Shown piece after piece: positions 47,892 through 57,317 of a stretch of 64,000 bases of DNA. This DNA is from an uncultured delta proteobacterium (GTDB lineage: Bacteria > Desulfobacterota > Desulfobacteria > Desulfobacterales > JAFDCJ01). The DNA is taken from contig CAVYNY010000021.1 of NCBI GenBank assembly GCA_963769935.1, positions 64,001 to 128,000 of the forward strand, written 5' to 3'. The number at the start of each line of letters is the position of its first letter. The first letter of the stretch is position 1. The notes beneath the pieces are model-generated. The model was not told the origin of the DNA. It was given only the letters and a program-made list of their open reading frames with translations, and did no database searches. The position numbers and the translations under genes are program-made.

Positions 47892-48099
47892 CCTGACACC
47901 TGAAACCTCATATGAAACTTCATTAAATTCGATGCGATTTTTATGAAGTGTCTCACCGCTGAGAGCGCAGAGAGCGCTGAGATTAATTAACATTTTCTTC
48001 CTCGGCGGTCTCTGCGGGCTCTGCGGTGAACTATTCTGTTTCTTTTTTGATCAGACCGGCCGTTATTTTGGCCGGCGGCCGAGCTGACACCTGAAACCT
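47892..48099 (+). repeat. Composite dispersed repeat, copy A
   Basis: CTGACACCT-bounded element with internal CACCGC...CTCTGCGGTG hairpin; 52-nt block (48048-48099) identical to 53118-53169. Confidence 0.8.
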
Positions 48100-48125
48100 C
48101 AAGATAAGACCTAAAACCCCTTCCT

Positions 48126-48141
48126 TGCTTTAACAGTGCCA
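48126..48141 (-). promoter_or_regulatory. Possible sigma54 promoter upstream of flbD
   Basis: TGGCAC-TGTTA-AAGCA keeps GG-N10-GC but the -12 element is weak. Confidence 0.35.
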
Positions 48142-48175
48142 GTTCTTATAGATGCATGCCATTAAAGCGGATTAA

Positions 48176-49407
48176 TTATCGTTTAATATTGATCAGCTCA
48201 TTCAGGATTTCATCACTGGTGGTGATCACCCGGGAATTGGCCTGAAACGCTCGCTGGGTGGTGATCATCTTGACGAACTCCTGCGCCAGGTCGATGTTGG
48301 ACATTTCAATGGCACCGGGGGAGACCGAACCCAGCCGACCATTCCCGGCAACTCCCGGCATCGGCTGCCCGGACTCCAGAGATTCGGCATAGAGGTTCTT
48401 TCCCAGTTTGCTCAACCCATCGTAGCTGGGAAAATCGGCCAGCGCTATCTGGTAGGTCGGGGTCAGTTGGCCGTTGGAATACGCAGCGGTGACCACACCG
48501 GCTTCATCTACCGATATGCCCCGCAGCACGCCGGAAGCATATCCGTCCTGGTACTGGAAGGTCGTGCTGGACGGTGATGAATATCCGGTGACATCTCCAA
48601 GGCTTGTGCCGCCGGCATCGAACAGATCCCAGGTGAGTGTCTGTGGCGTGGCCGCCCCGTTGGCCATGGTAATGGATAAGGTTTGATCGGCCGCCGGTGC
48701 TGTTAAATTGCCGGCGCTCGTCAAAGGTAAGCGCTGCCGTTGATGCGCCACCAATTGTAGCCGGACCGTTGGGCGAAGGAACGGAGGCCGCCACCGACCA
48801 GCTTTGCGCGGCGGCCTGTTTGGTAAAGGTCAGGGTCAAGGGAATGGCATTGCCCAGGGAGTCAAAAATCGACTGGGAAGTCGAATAGGTGCCATTGGTT
48901 GCGGTCTGTGAATCCAAGTTGAGGTCGAATGTAAACTCTGTTGTGGCGGACGGCGGAGAGATCCGTTCTCCGGGAATGCTGACGGTCGGTAAGATTTCCC
49001 AGATTGCCGCTGCTGTCGATCTCGTAGCCCTGAACATTCATTCCGTCCGGATTGACCATATCGCCGGCATCATTCAGATAAAACTGCCCGGCCCGGGTAT
49101 AGAAGTTGGAGCCGCTGTCATCCTGCACGATAAAAAACCCTTGCCGTTGATGGCCAGATCGGTGGGGTTGCTTGTAGTTTTCCAGCGACCCCTGGGTCCA
49201 CAGCGGACTGGTACCCCAAAATTCGACGCCCCGGCCAATACCGCTGCTGAGCGAACCGCCCAGGGATTGACTTAATACATTGGCAAACATGGACCGGTTG
49301 GCCTTAAATGCGGTGGTGTTGACATTGGCGATATTGTCGCCGATGACCGTCATGGCGGTCGAGTTGGCATTGAGGCCTGAAATTCCTGCAAACAATGATC
49401 CTATCAT
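48176..49407 (-). pseudogene. flgE: Flagellar hook protein FlgE with four apparent frameshifts (probably assembly errors)
   Basis: MIGSLFAGISGL...GDNIANVNT N-terminus and EMSNIDLAQEF..MI.TQRAFQANSR C-terminus; indels near 49180, 49135, 48985 and 48719; net correction gives 410 codons. Confidence 0.9.
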
Positions 49408-49409
49408 TT

Positions 49410-50160
49410 TTATTTTCCTCCATTGATTAAAGGGGTTGATAGACTGTGGATGCCGGGTCGATCCGAATCGGATGCGGAGAGGTCCGCCAGCCGCCGCATT
49501 TTCAAGGGCAACCTCAACCACATCTCCCAGGGCAATTTTTTGGCTGCCGGAGATCAAAAAGGATGCATTATTCTCAAATGTCACTTTATCCACGGTGCCG
49601 GTGTAAAAAGTTGTGGCATCAATGTCCTTGCCATTGATATCCGCAGCCATAATTTCAAAGGTATAATTGCCGTCGGGCGCCCGATTGCCGTTTTTATCGG
49701 TGCCGTCCCACGACAGGGAATTCTGACCGGCGGTCAAATTCGGGCTTTCAATGGCCTTAACAAATTCGCCGCTACTGTCATAAACATTGGCCACAACCAG
49801 GGCGGCGTCATCCGCCAGTTTGAAATTACATTCGACCGGATCGTCGGCGGTTAGCTTAATAAAATTGCCGTTGGCGGTGATTGTTTTGCCGATCAGTGAG
49901 ACGGCCTGGGAATTGTTGATGGATGCTTGAAAATTTTTCAATTCCAGCAAGTTGTCATTGACATTGCTCAACTGCTCCAGCGAACTGAATTGGGCCAGCT
50001 GAGAAGTAAACTCAGTACTGTCGGTCGGATTCAGCGGATCCTGGTTCTGCAGCTGGGTAATCAGAAGATTTAAAAAGTCATCCTTATTCAATACTTTTGA
50101 CGGCAGAGCGGTAAGCTGGGTACCGCCGGAAGCGCCTGCATTTAATGCCTCGGTTATCAT
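49410..50160 (-). CDS. flgD: Hook capping protein FlgD (apparent frameshift near the 3' end)
   Basis: DDFLNLLITQLQNQDPLNP, FTSQLAQFSSLEQ, WDGTD; as written it reads into flgE, but a 1-nt correction ends it at NGGK-TAA overlapping the flgE RBS. Confidence 0.9.
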
Positions 50161-50266
50161 ACTGGGTTTCACCTCACATGGTTAAAGTTAACTAATCCGC
50201 CCTGAAAGATAGTACATTCAGAGTTGTAAATTGTTCTTTGAAAACTGAAGCAAGAGAAGCCACCGC

Positions 50267-52099
50267 TCAGGCAAAATAATCAACTGTTGTGGCGCTGCCT
50301 ATCGTGCGCCGCAGCTGCCGCCTACCCTGCGGCAAGTCCCGGCCGGGGTGTCCTTGTTTGCCGTTATCAGCGACGCTCTGCCGCATCCTCATTCCGGCCA
50401 GCCTATCTTTGGGATTGCCGGATCCATCCGAGTCATGGGAAACCGTCACTTCCAATTTATCGATATTCAGGCCCTGGTGCTGCAAGTCGGCTTTCAGCTG
50501 GTGGGCATTGTTTTGGATCATATCCTTCACGAATCCGTGTTCAGTCAGGATTCTTACCGTGACCTGATGATTTTCAGAGATAACCTGCATGCGGATATGA
50601 CCGAGATATTCCGGCTTGAGATCGATTTGGGCTTCATGCTGTCCGTTTCTCAGATGAATCGCGGCCTTTTGTACGATCTGGTCCAAAGTCTGGGTTTTAA
50701 GATCGCTGCGGTCGGGATCGGCTTCCTTTGGGAGTGATGTGGTTTCAGCGGGTTTTTCCATAGGAGGACTTTGAGGGTTCAGCAGGCCGGGATCATTTGT
50801 GCCGGCCTCGTTTTTGATGACCTTGCCGACCGTCTCCTCCTTCATCCCGCTTGACACTTTAACATCTCCATCTTTGAGAGACTGGTCCTCCTGCAGCAAC
50901 CGCGAAACCGATTCTTCGCCGGCTGTTGTCTGGCTTAAATCATTTGCAAGGCTGCCGGATTCCACCTTTATTCCAGCCGGCGCAGATTGTTTTGCGGGCT
51001 GGTTATCCACGGTTGATTCCGTATTGTTTGACCGCAACTGATCCTGGGCGGTCGCCTTCTGATGGTCGGTTTCCACCCGGCTGTGGGCTTTGGCTTCACG
51101 CCCCAATTCCATCTCCTCTTTAGGGTTGGTGGTCTCCTTGGGCTTTTCATTGATTTGAGCCGAAGACGAGAGATTTTCAGGTGCCTCCTTTTCCGACTCC
51201 CCTAAGGCGCGGTGCTGCACTTCAGCTGCAAGGCCGGCATTTTCAGTGGGTTGAACCGGATCACCGGCCTTGGAATTGGCGATCAGATCAATTGAATCTG
51301 CCACCGGTTCAACGATGCTGCCGGCAGCTGCGGCAGTCGACTCAGATGGCTTGACATTCGGCCCCCTCTCATCTTCACTTATTCCGTCATCCTTGCTCTG
51401 ATGAGCCGAGTCGGCGACAAGCTCCTTTAACCATTGAAAAATCCGAGCTGAATCCTGCGATAGGTCAACAGGTTGGTCGTTGCCGGCATCTCCTGCCGGG
51501 GTGTTGCCCTCCAGCACTGCGGCAATGAACTGCCGCAAGCGTTCAAAAGCGGCTTCCAGTTCGGCCGATGACACCAGTTCGTTTTGCTTCAACCGTGCCA
51601 TCAGCGAATTCAGGACAGCTAAATCCTTAGCTTTCGCCGAATTGAGATCCACAAGATTTTCTCTGTCGGATCCTCCATCTGAACGATAAAAGCCCATTTG
51701 TTCCAGGACCTTGATAAAATCCATAAAATTAAGGATGGCCGGCGCTTGGTCAGACTCCGCCGCTCTACTTTCCTCCTGGGGCAGCGCAGATGTCGACATA
51801 TCTTCGCTTAGCGCAGCGGTCGGTTCTGAAGTTTCATCCATTTTGTCTTCCGGCGCGGGTGCTTTGCTTTCAGAGCATTTGGCCCTGTTGATATTCGGCA
51901 ATTTTTTCGTTCGATGAGAGTTCTGTGATACGCTTCGCAGGGCTGCAAAAAAACTTTCACCCTCAGCTTTATTCCGTTCCCTGGTCGATTTGATCTTGGT
52001 TGAATGGACCGAGTCGGAAGGTCCTATCTTGTTTTTGTATATTCCGGATACCGGATTCTGGGGCACGGGCGGTGAAAAGAACAAATCAGTTGCCATCAT
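50267..52099 (-). CDS. fliK: Flagellar hook-length control protein
   Basis: Long low-complexity N-terminus, C-terminal A.I.LKPEYLG.I domain, ending VDYFA; upstream of flgD. Confidence 0.9.
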   Translation of the reverse strand: MMATDLFFSPPVPQNPVSGIYKNKIGPSDSVHSTKIKSTRERNKAEGESFFAALRSVSQNSHRTKKLPNINRAKCSESKAPAPEDKMDETSEPTAALSEDMSTSALPQEESRAAESDQAPAILNFMDFIKVLEQMGFYRSDGGSDRENLVDLNSAKAKDLAVLNSLMARLKQNELVSSAELEAAFERLRQFIAAVLEGNTPAGDAGNDQPVDLSQDSARIFQWLKELVADSAHQSKDDGISEDERGPNVKPSESTAAAAGSIVEPVADSIDLIANSKAGDPVQPTENAGLAAEVQHRALGESEKEAPENLSSSAQINEKPKETTNPKEEMELGREAKAHSRVETDHQKATAQDQLRSNNTESTVDNQPAKQSAPAGIKVESGSLANDLSQTTAGEESVSRLLQEDQSLKDGDVKVSSGMKEETVGKVIKNEAGTNDPGLLNPQSPPMEKPAETTSLPKEADPDRSDLKTQTLDQIVQKAAIHLRNGQHEAQIDLKPEYLGHIRMQVISENHQVTVRILTEHGFVKDMIQNNAHQLKADLQHQGLNIDKLEVTVSHDSDGSGNPKDRLAGMRMRQSVADNGKQGHPGRDLPQGRRQLRRTIGSATTVDYFA

Positions 52100-52163
52100 T
52101 CAATTTCCTCAACGCTAAAAATAACTAGAATAGTGTCCTTCTTCCAAAAGCAGCTGTTTTATT

Positions 52164-52179
52164 AGCATGGAGCATGCCA
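52164..52179 (-). promoter_or_regulatory. sigma54 promoter of fliK-flgDE
   Basis: TGGCAT-GCTCC-ATGCT; GGCAATATTTTCC box at 52343-52355. Confidence 0.65.
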
Positions 52180-52388
52180 AACTTATAAAAAGCTGGTCCC
52201 TGCCCAACCGGCATTGCCTGAGGACGTATAACCATCTTGAATATTATGATATTTAAAAATTGATGCTCGCAATGCCTGGCGGAAATCAACTGTGCGAAAT
52301 TGATCGCCGGCTGCCTGGACGGCATCCCGGCAGGATTTCATGGGCAATATTTTCCCACGGGTGGCAAAGATTACCGATACTAGGGTTC

Positions 52389-52620
52389 AGATTTCGGGTG
52401 TCAGCCCAGCCGCCGGCCAAAACAACGGCCGGTCTGATCGAAAAAGAAACATAATAGTTCACCGCAGAGCCCGCCGCCTCTGGCCCATAGGGCCTACGCC
52501 CCGGTGGGAGAACGCCGAGAAAGAAAAGTTAAATTAATCTCTGCGCTCGCTGCGCTCTCTGCGGTGAGACACTTCGTAAAAATGGCATCGAATTTTAGGA
52601 AGTTTCATTTGAGGTGTCAG
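52389..52620 (-). repeat. Composite dispersed repeat, copy B (inverted)
   Basis: Reverse-complement homolog of copy A with an extra ~33-nt GC-rich insert in its hairpin arm. Confidence 0.75.
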
Positions 52621-52875
52621 AAGATAGAGGACAAAGAGCAGAGGGTGGGAGGTTGGGAAGATGAGAAGCTGGGAAGGTGGGAGGGTGAGCGCTGCGCTTT
52701 AGGAGTGCTTCACTCAAGGAGCACTTCGTTTGAGGAAAAAAATTGGATAGTACTGGGTTTAAAGCCTTTTTTTCCTGTTTAGCCGGGCCAATCAACTCAA
52801 CAAACTCAATAAACCCTATAAACTCAACAAACCCGCAACCCGTAACTCGCAACCTGCAACTCTCAACTCGCACCC
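52621..52875. repeat. Stacked 7/8/9-mer tandem arrays
   Basis: TGGGAAGG-like octamers, AAACTCAAC-like nonamers, CGCAACC-like heptamers. Confidence 0.7.
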
Positions 52876-52910
52876 CCTGAAATCCGCTGCTTATGGCTTG
52901 CTCCTCGCAG

Positions 52911-53169
52911 CCTGACACCTCATATGAAACTACATCTCACACAGAGCGCTCAGAGATCACAGAGATCTGGGTTTACAGGCGCCTGCGGCGAAAGAAAAAT
53001 GTTCTCTGCGGTCTCTGTGAGCTCTAACGGCTTGTCGGGTCGTAGCTCGAAGAGCGAAGCCTGAAAGTGGGCGTGATATTAAATCCAACTGTGTCCGATT
53101 TCCAAAAGTTTCTTTTATGATCAGACCGGCCGTTATTTTGGCCGGCGGCCGAGCTGACACCTGAAACCT
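52911..53169 (+). repeat. Composite dispersed repeat, copy C
   Basis: Same CCTCATATGAAACT start and identical 52-nt end as copy A, different internal hairpin cargo. Confidence 0.8.
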
Positions 53170-53173
53170 TGCT

Positions 53174-53611
53174 TTACATCTTCCGTGCATGCCGGGTTGT
53201 CGCCACTTCATCCATGAATTTGCGTTCGTCCTGCATCATTTTTTTCTGATTGGCCAACCAATCCTTTTCCTTGAGTTTTTCCAGAGTCTTGCGCTTTTTC
53301 ATGATGCCGATCAATTCATTGCGCTTTTGGTTGACCTTGTTAGCGGCTTGACGCACGCATGGGACCTGCTCTTCGATCTTCTTTGACAGCTGCGCGATGT
53401 AATTCATATACAGGATGATATCAGAGACACTGATACTCTCTTTTTGTCTGGCCTGCAGCTTTATAATATTTTCACGTTTCAGCTGTTTCCTGTGGTTCAG
53501 CTTTTCCTGCTCTTCGGCGAGTTTTCGCTGGCATCGGGCCAGCTCTTTTTGACACATCTCTTCCTGATGACGACGATGGTTGAGAAGTGCTTCCAGTTTG
53601 AATCGATACAT
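53174..53611 (-). CDS. fliJ: Flagellar export protein FliJ
   Basis: YRFKLEALL..R, coiled coil, KTLEKLKEK, E.K.MDE; after fliI. Confidence 0.9.
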   Translation of the reverse strand: MYRFKLEALLNHRRHQEEMCQKELARCQRKLAEEQEKLNHRKQLKRENIIKLQARQKESISVSDIILYMNYIAQLSKKIEEQVPCVRQAANKVNQKRNELIGIMKKRKTLEKLKEKDWLANQKKMMQDERKFMDEVATTRHARKM

Positions 53612-53729
53612 ACGTATAGGGTTTCAGGTGTCAGGTTTCAGGTGTCAGGCCAACCGCAGGCCGCAGAAGAGTCCAGTTTGATCAAAAAAGAAACTTATGG
53701 TTCGATATTCGATATTCAGCGATTCGCTA

Positions 53730-55079
53730 TCATGTAGTCCGGCTTTCACCATGGGCATCTGGATTCAATAACGCATCCAGTTGCGCTACGCTTTCCTCGA
53801 AATATACCGTCTCATCGATATCCTGCTTCAGGTATGCATTTATCTTATCAATCATCTTAATCGCATAATCAATTTTTGGATTGCTGCCGGACACATAGGC
53901 GCCGATGTTGATCAAATCTTCCGCTTTGCGATAAGTTGCCAGGATTTCTTTTAGTCGATTGGAATTTTGTTTGTGTTTATCGTCGACCACATCAACCATG
54001 ACGCGGCTGATACTTGCCAACACATCCACTGCCGGATAGTGATTTTGCATGGCCAGATCTCGTGTCAGATTAATATGACCATCCAGGATGGACCGCACGG
54101 CATCGGCAATAGGCTCATTGGAATCATCTCCTTCCACCAGTACGGTATACAAGCCGGTAATTGTACCGCGGTTGGCGGAAGTTCCGGCGCGTTCCAGCAG
54201 CTTGGGCAAGAGTGTAAAAACAGATGGCGTGTATCCTTTGGTGGTGGGCGGCTCTCCAAGGGCCAGTCCGATCTCTCGCTGAGCCATGGCAAAGCGGGTG
54301 ACCGAATCCATCATCAAATTGACATGATGTCCCTGATCACGAAAGTACTCGGCAATGGCGGTCGCGATAAAGGCCCCTCGCATTCGAATCAGCGGTAGAC
54401 GATCCGAAGTGGCAACTACAATGACCGACCGCTGAAGTCCTTCCTGACCGAGCTCTTTCTCGATGAATTCATTGAGTTCTCTGCCCCGTTCTCCGATAAG
54501 AGCAATCACATTGACATCGGCCTTTGTTTTGCGGGCGATCATCCCCAGCAGCACGCTTTTGCCAACCCCGGAGCCTGCAAAAATACCGATGCGCTGCCCG
54601 CATCCGACGGTTAGCAAACCGTTGATAGTTCGGATACCCAGATCCAGCGGCTGGCGAATTCGCCTGCGCTTGAGCGGATTGAGCGAGGCAGCATAAATCG
54701 GGTAAGCGGCCTCGGTCGTGATGGGCCCTTTATCATCGATGGGACTGCCGAGACCGTCTACCACTCGACCCAGCAGGCCCGGTCCCACCGGCACAACGGC
54801 CTTTTGCTGGCGGGCCACTATTTTGCAGCCAGGCGCGATGCCGTGGATTTCTTCCAGCGGCATCAGCAATACATTTTTATCTCTGAAGCCGGAGACTTCA
54901 GCGGCTATGGTATGATTTCTGTGAGTGGTGTAGATATCACACACGGTACCCAGGCAGGATACGGGGCCGTGTGCTTCGACCACCAGACCGACGACATTGG
55001 TCACGCGGCCGGTGGCGCGAATAGCGCAGGTTGATTTCAGACAGGTATGATATTTGGCTAAGTCGACACCGGCGGCCAT
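53730..55079 (-). CDS. fliI: Flagellar export ATPase FliI
   Basis: GQRIGIFAGSGVGKS, ALIGERGRE, MDSVTRFAMAQREIGL, ILDGHI. Confidence 0.97.
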   Translation of the reverse strand: MAAGVDLAKYHTCLKSTCAIRATGRVTNVVGLVVEAHGPVSCLGTVCDIYTTHRNHTIAAEVSGFRDKNVLLMPLEEIHGIAPGCKIVARQQKAVVPVGPGLLGRVVDGLGSPIDDKGPITTEAAYPIYAASLNPLKRRRIRQPLDLGIRTINGLLTVGCGQRIGIFAGSGVGKSVLLGMIARKTKADVNVIALIGERGRELNEFIEKELGQEGLQRSVIVVATSDRLPLIRMRGAFIATAIAEYFRDQGHHVNLMMDSVTRFAMAQREIGLALGEPPTTKGYTPSVFTLLPKLLERAGTSANRGTITGLYTVLVEGDDSNEPIADAVRSILDGHINLTRDLAMQNHYPAVDVLASISRVMVDVVDDKHKQNSNRLKEILATYRKAEDLINIGAYVSGSNPKIDYAIKMIDKINAYLKQDIDETVYFEESVAQLDALLNPDAHGESRTT

Positions 55080-55167
55080 CAATAGTTGACTCCTTAAGAA
55101 TGCAGGGACCTGTCCCCAGTAGTAGACTCTAGGTTGCCCCCCAAAAGGGCACAGCAATAAATAGTAG

Positions 55168-55472
55168 GGAGTACTGGAGCATTGGAGTCATGGAGTATTG
55201 GAAAGATGCGGCCAGGACCAGGTGTTCAAAATGCTTTCCACACGCATACCGGAATTTGTTTTTACCCAATTACATTCACCGGGTAAATGATAATACGGCT
55301 ATAATGTTTGAAAGACGGTTTGTCCACCTCGATCTGATTTTAGTGTAACCCCCCACAAATACTCCAACACTTCAATACTCCAACACTTCAATACTCCATC
55401 ACTCCAGTACTCCATCACTCCAGTACTCCATCACTCCAGTACTCCAGTACTCCATCACTCCAGTACTCCATC
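55168..55472. repeat. Inverted octamer arrays (GGAGTANT / TACTCCAN) around a ~160-bp spacer
   Basis: About 4 GGAGTANT-like units at ~55168-55202 and about 14 YACTYCAN units at ~55360-55472, between fliH and fliI. Confidence 0.85.
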
Positions 55473-55533
55473 ACGATTAGGGCAAAGCCTGTCATATCTG
55501 CCAATGCCGGGAACTCCGTCCGGGCGCGTTTCA

Positions 55534-56328
55534 TCAATCTTGCGTGCCGGAATTCTCGATGGCGTTGCGAAAGGATTCCTCCACGGCTAGGATCTGTTTT
55601 TCAATCCGGGCGTCGATTTCTCCTAAATTGGTTTCGATAATACATCCGCCGCTTTGAATATTTTCTTCAGGTTCAAGACTGACATTATCAATATTGCCAA
55701 TCAGGTCTGAAAGTTTATACTTGGTCTCATTGATAAATTGAATGTCTTGCGGGTTCATCTTGATTTTGATTTTTCCCGGATCCTCCATTCTGGCAAGCGC
55801 TTCCCTGGCCACACACACGACAACTTCACGGTCCATCTCTATCTCACGGCAGACGATTTTTCGGGCAATGGCCAAGGCCAGCTTCACAACTTCTTTTTCG
55901 ATATTGTGATAGGTTTCGCCCCGTAAATTTTGTAGCTGCAGCAATGCCTCCCGCAGACTGTCCAACAGCGGTTCCTGCTTTTTTGACGCCCGCTCAAACC
56001 CCGCTCTTTCGCCATCGGCGCCTCCTTTTTCCAAACCGTCGTTGAATCCCTTCTGGTAAGCATCGACATCAAAACGACCGGCGGATACTGCGCTTTTTTG
56101 CGGATTCGTACCATGACCGCCGTAATCGCGAGAAAAATCCGAACCGGATGCATTGCAATTGTCGAAGCGGGTCCTTTGAAAATCATCTTTCAGCGGTATG
56201 CAGGTTCGCATATTGTCCGGATCATCTAACGGAATATCCGGAAAATAATGCAGTCTGAAACCGCTCCGACGGTCCTCTGAGGCCTCGGCGTCGGCACTAT
56301 GAAATAATTTCTTCTCCTCGGCGCCCAC
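55534..56328 (-). CDS. fliH: Flagellar assembly protein FliH
   Basis: AYQKGFNDGLEKG GxxxG repeats, LALAIARKIV, NPQD, GGCIIET..GEIDARIE; start uncertain. Confidence 0.9.
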   Translation of the reverse strand: MGAEEKKLFHSADAEASEDRRSGFRLHYFPDIPLDDPDNMRTCIPLKDDFQRTRFDNCNASGSDFSRDYGGHGTNPQKSAVSAGRFDVDAYQKGFNDGLEKGGADGERAGFERASKKQEPLLDSLREALLQLQNLRGETYHNIEKEVVKLALAIARKIVCREIEMDREVVVCVAREALARMEDPGKIKIKMNPQDIQFINETKYKLSDLIGNIDNVSLEPEENIQSGGCIIETNLGEIDARIEKQILAVEESFRNAIENSGTQD

Positions 56329-57274
56329 TGATAATTATTTCTCCCTTGGCTTCCATTTCCTGGATAATATTGGTAATGCCCGACTGCGCATCGGAGACTT
56401 CTTTCATTCTGACCGGTCCGAGATCTTCCATCTCTTCGCGCAGCATCGCACCGGCCCTTTCCGACATATTCCGGAAGACTTTTTCTTTGACTTCTTCAGA
56501 GGCTGCCTTCAGCGCAATCGCCAGCTCCATGGTTTCAACCTTACGCAGCAGTTTTTGAAATCCACGATCATCTACCAGCACCAGATCTTCAAATACGAAC
56601 ATCTTTTGCTTGATCTGGGCGGCCATTTCCGCATCGTTTTCCTCGATTTCGTTTAAAATCAGTTCGCTTGAAATTTCATCAGTCTGGTTCAGAATCTCGG
56701 CCAGACGGTCAATTCCACCGCTGACATTGGTCACCGAGCTTTTTTTATTCTTCAGAATTTCCTTAAAGACGGTATTGACCTCTTCCACCAGATCCGCGTT
56801 CACCTTATCCAGGTTGGCTACCCGTATGGAAACATCGGTCTTTATTTCATCCGAGAGTCTGGACAACACATCACTGGCAGCGGCGGTTTTCAAATGAATC
56901 AAAATAATGGCGATCGTCTGGGGATGTTCGTCTTTAATCAACTCATAGATTTCATCCGCAGCCAATGAGTCAATGGCTTGCAACCCCTCGGACGCATCCT
57001 CGTCTTCGCCGGTACCTTTGCCGCCATTTCCGGAGGGACCGGGTGCCGACGCGAGCCGAGCAGCCCGGGTCCGCAGGGTGGCAATATCGGTAAACTCCTT
57101 GGCCACATACTCAATGACATCCGCTGATACGGCACCCATCTGTTCCAGATGGCGGTCGACCACCAACTTCTCCTTCTCGGTCAGGCCGCTGAGGATCACA
57201 GCGGCGACCTCTCTGCCCAGGGAACGGATCAAAATGGCGGCTTTTAAGGGGCCTGATATATTTCTCGGATCCAT
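56297..57274 (-). CDS. fliG: Motor switch protein FliG
   Basis: KAAIL, EHPQTIA, MFVFEDL, NMSERA, LGPVR. Confidence 0.96.
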   Translation of the reverse strand: MDPRNISGPLKAAILIRSLGREVAAVILSGLTEKEKLVVDRHLEQMGAVSADVIEYVAKEFTDIATLRTRAARLASAPGPSGNGGKGTGEDEDASEGLQAIDSLAADEIYELIKDEHPQTIAIILIHLKTAAASDVLSRLSDEIKTDVSIRVANLDKVNADLVEEVNTVFKEILKNKKSSVTNVSGGIDRLAEILNQTDEISSELILNEIEENDAEMAAQIKQKMFVFEDLVLVDDRGFQKLLRKVETMELAIALKAASEEVKEKVFRNMSERAGAMLREEMEDLGPVRMKEVSDAQSGITNIIQEMEAKGEIIISGRRGEEIIS

Positions 57275-57317
57275 TTTTAGATTAAAATTCAGGTTGATGC
57301 TAAATGCTCAAAATTGT

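Noticed and set aside
48862..50172. Apparent FlgD-FlgE fusion protein (436-aa ORF)
   Set aside because: A 1-nt correction gives flgD its own stop overlapping a strong GGAGG RBS before the flgE ATG, and neighbouring indels point to sequence error.
55360..55472. CRISPR array
   Set aside because: Contiguous 8-nt units with no unique spacers and no cas genes; the same applies to 15980-16030 and 52621-52875.
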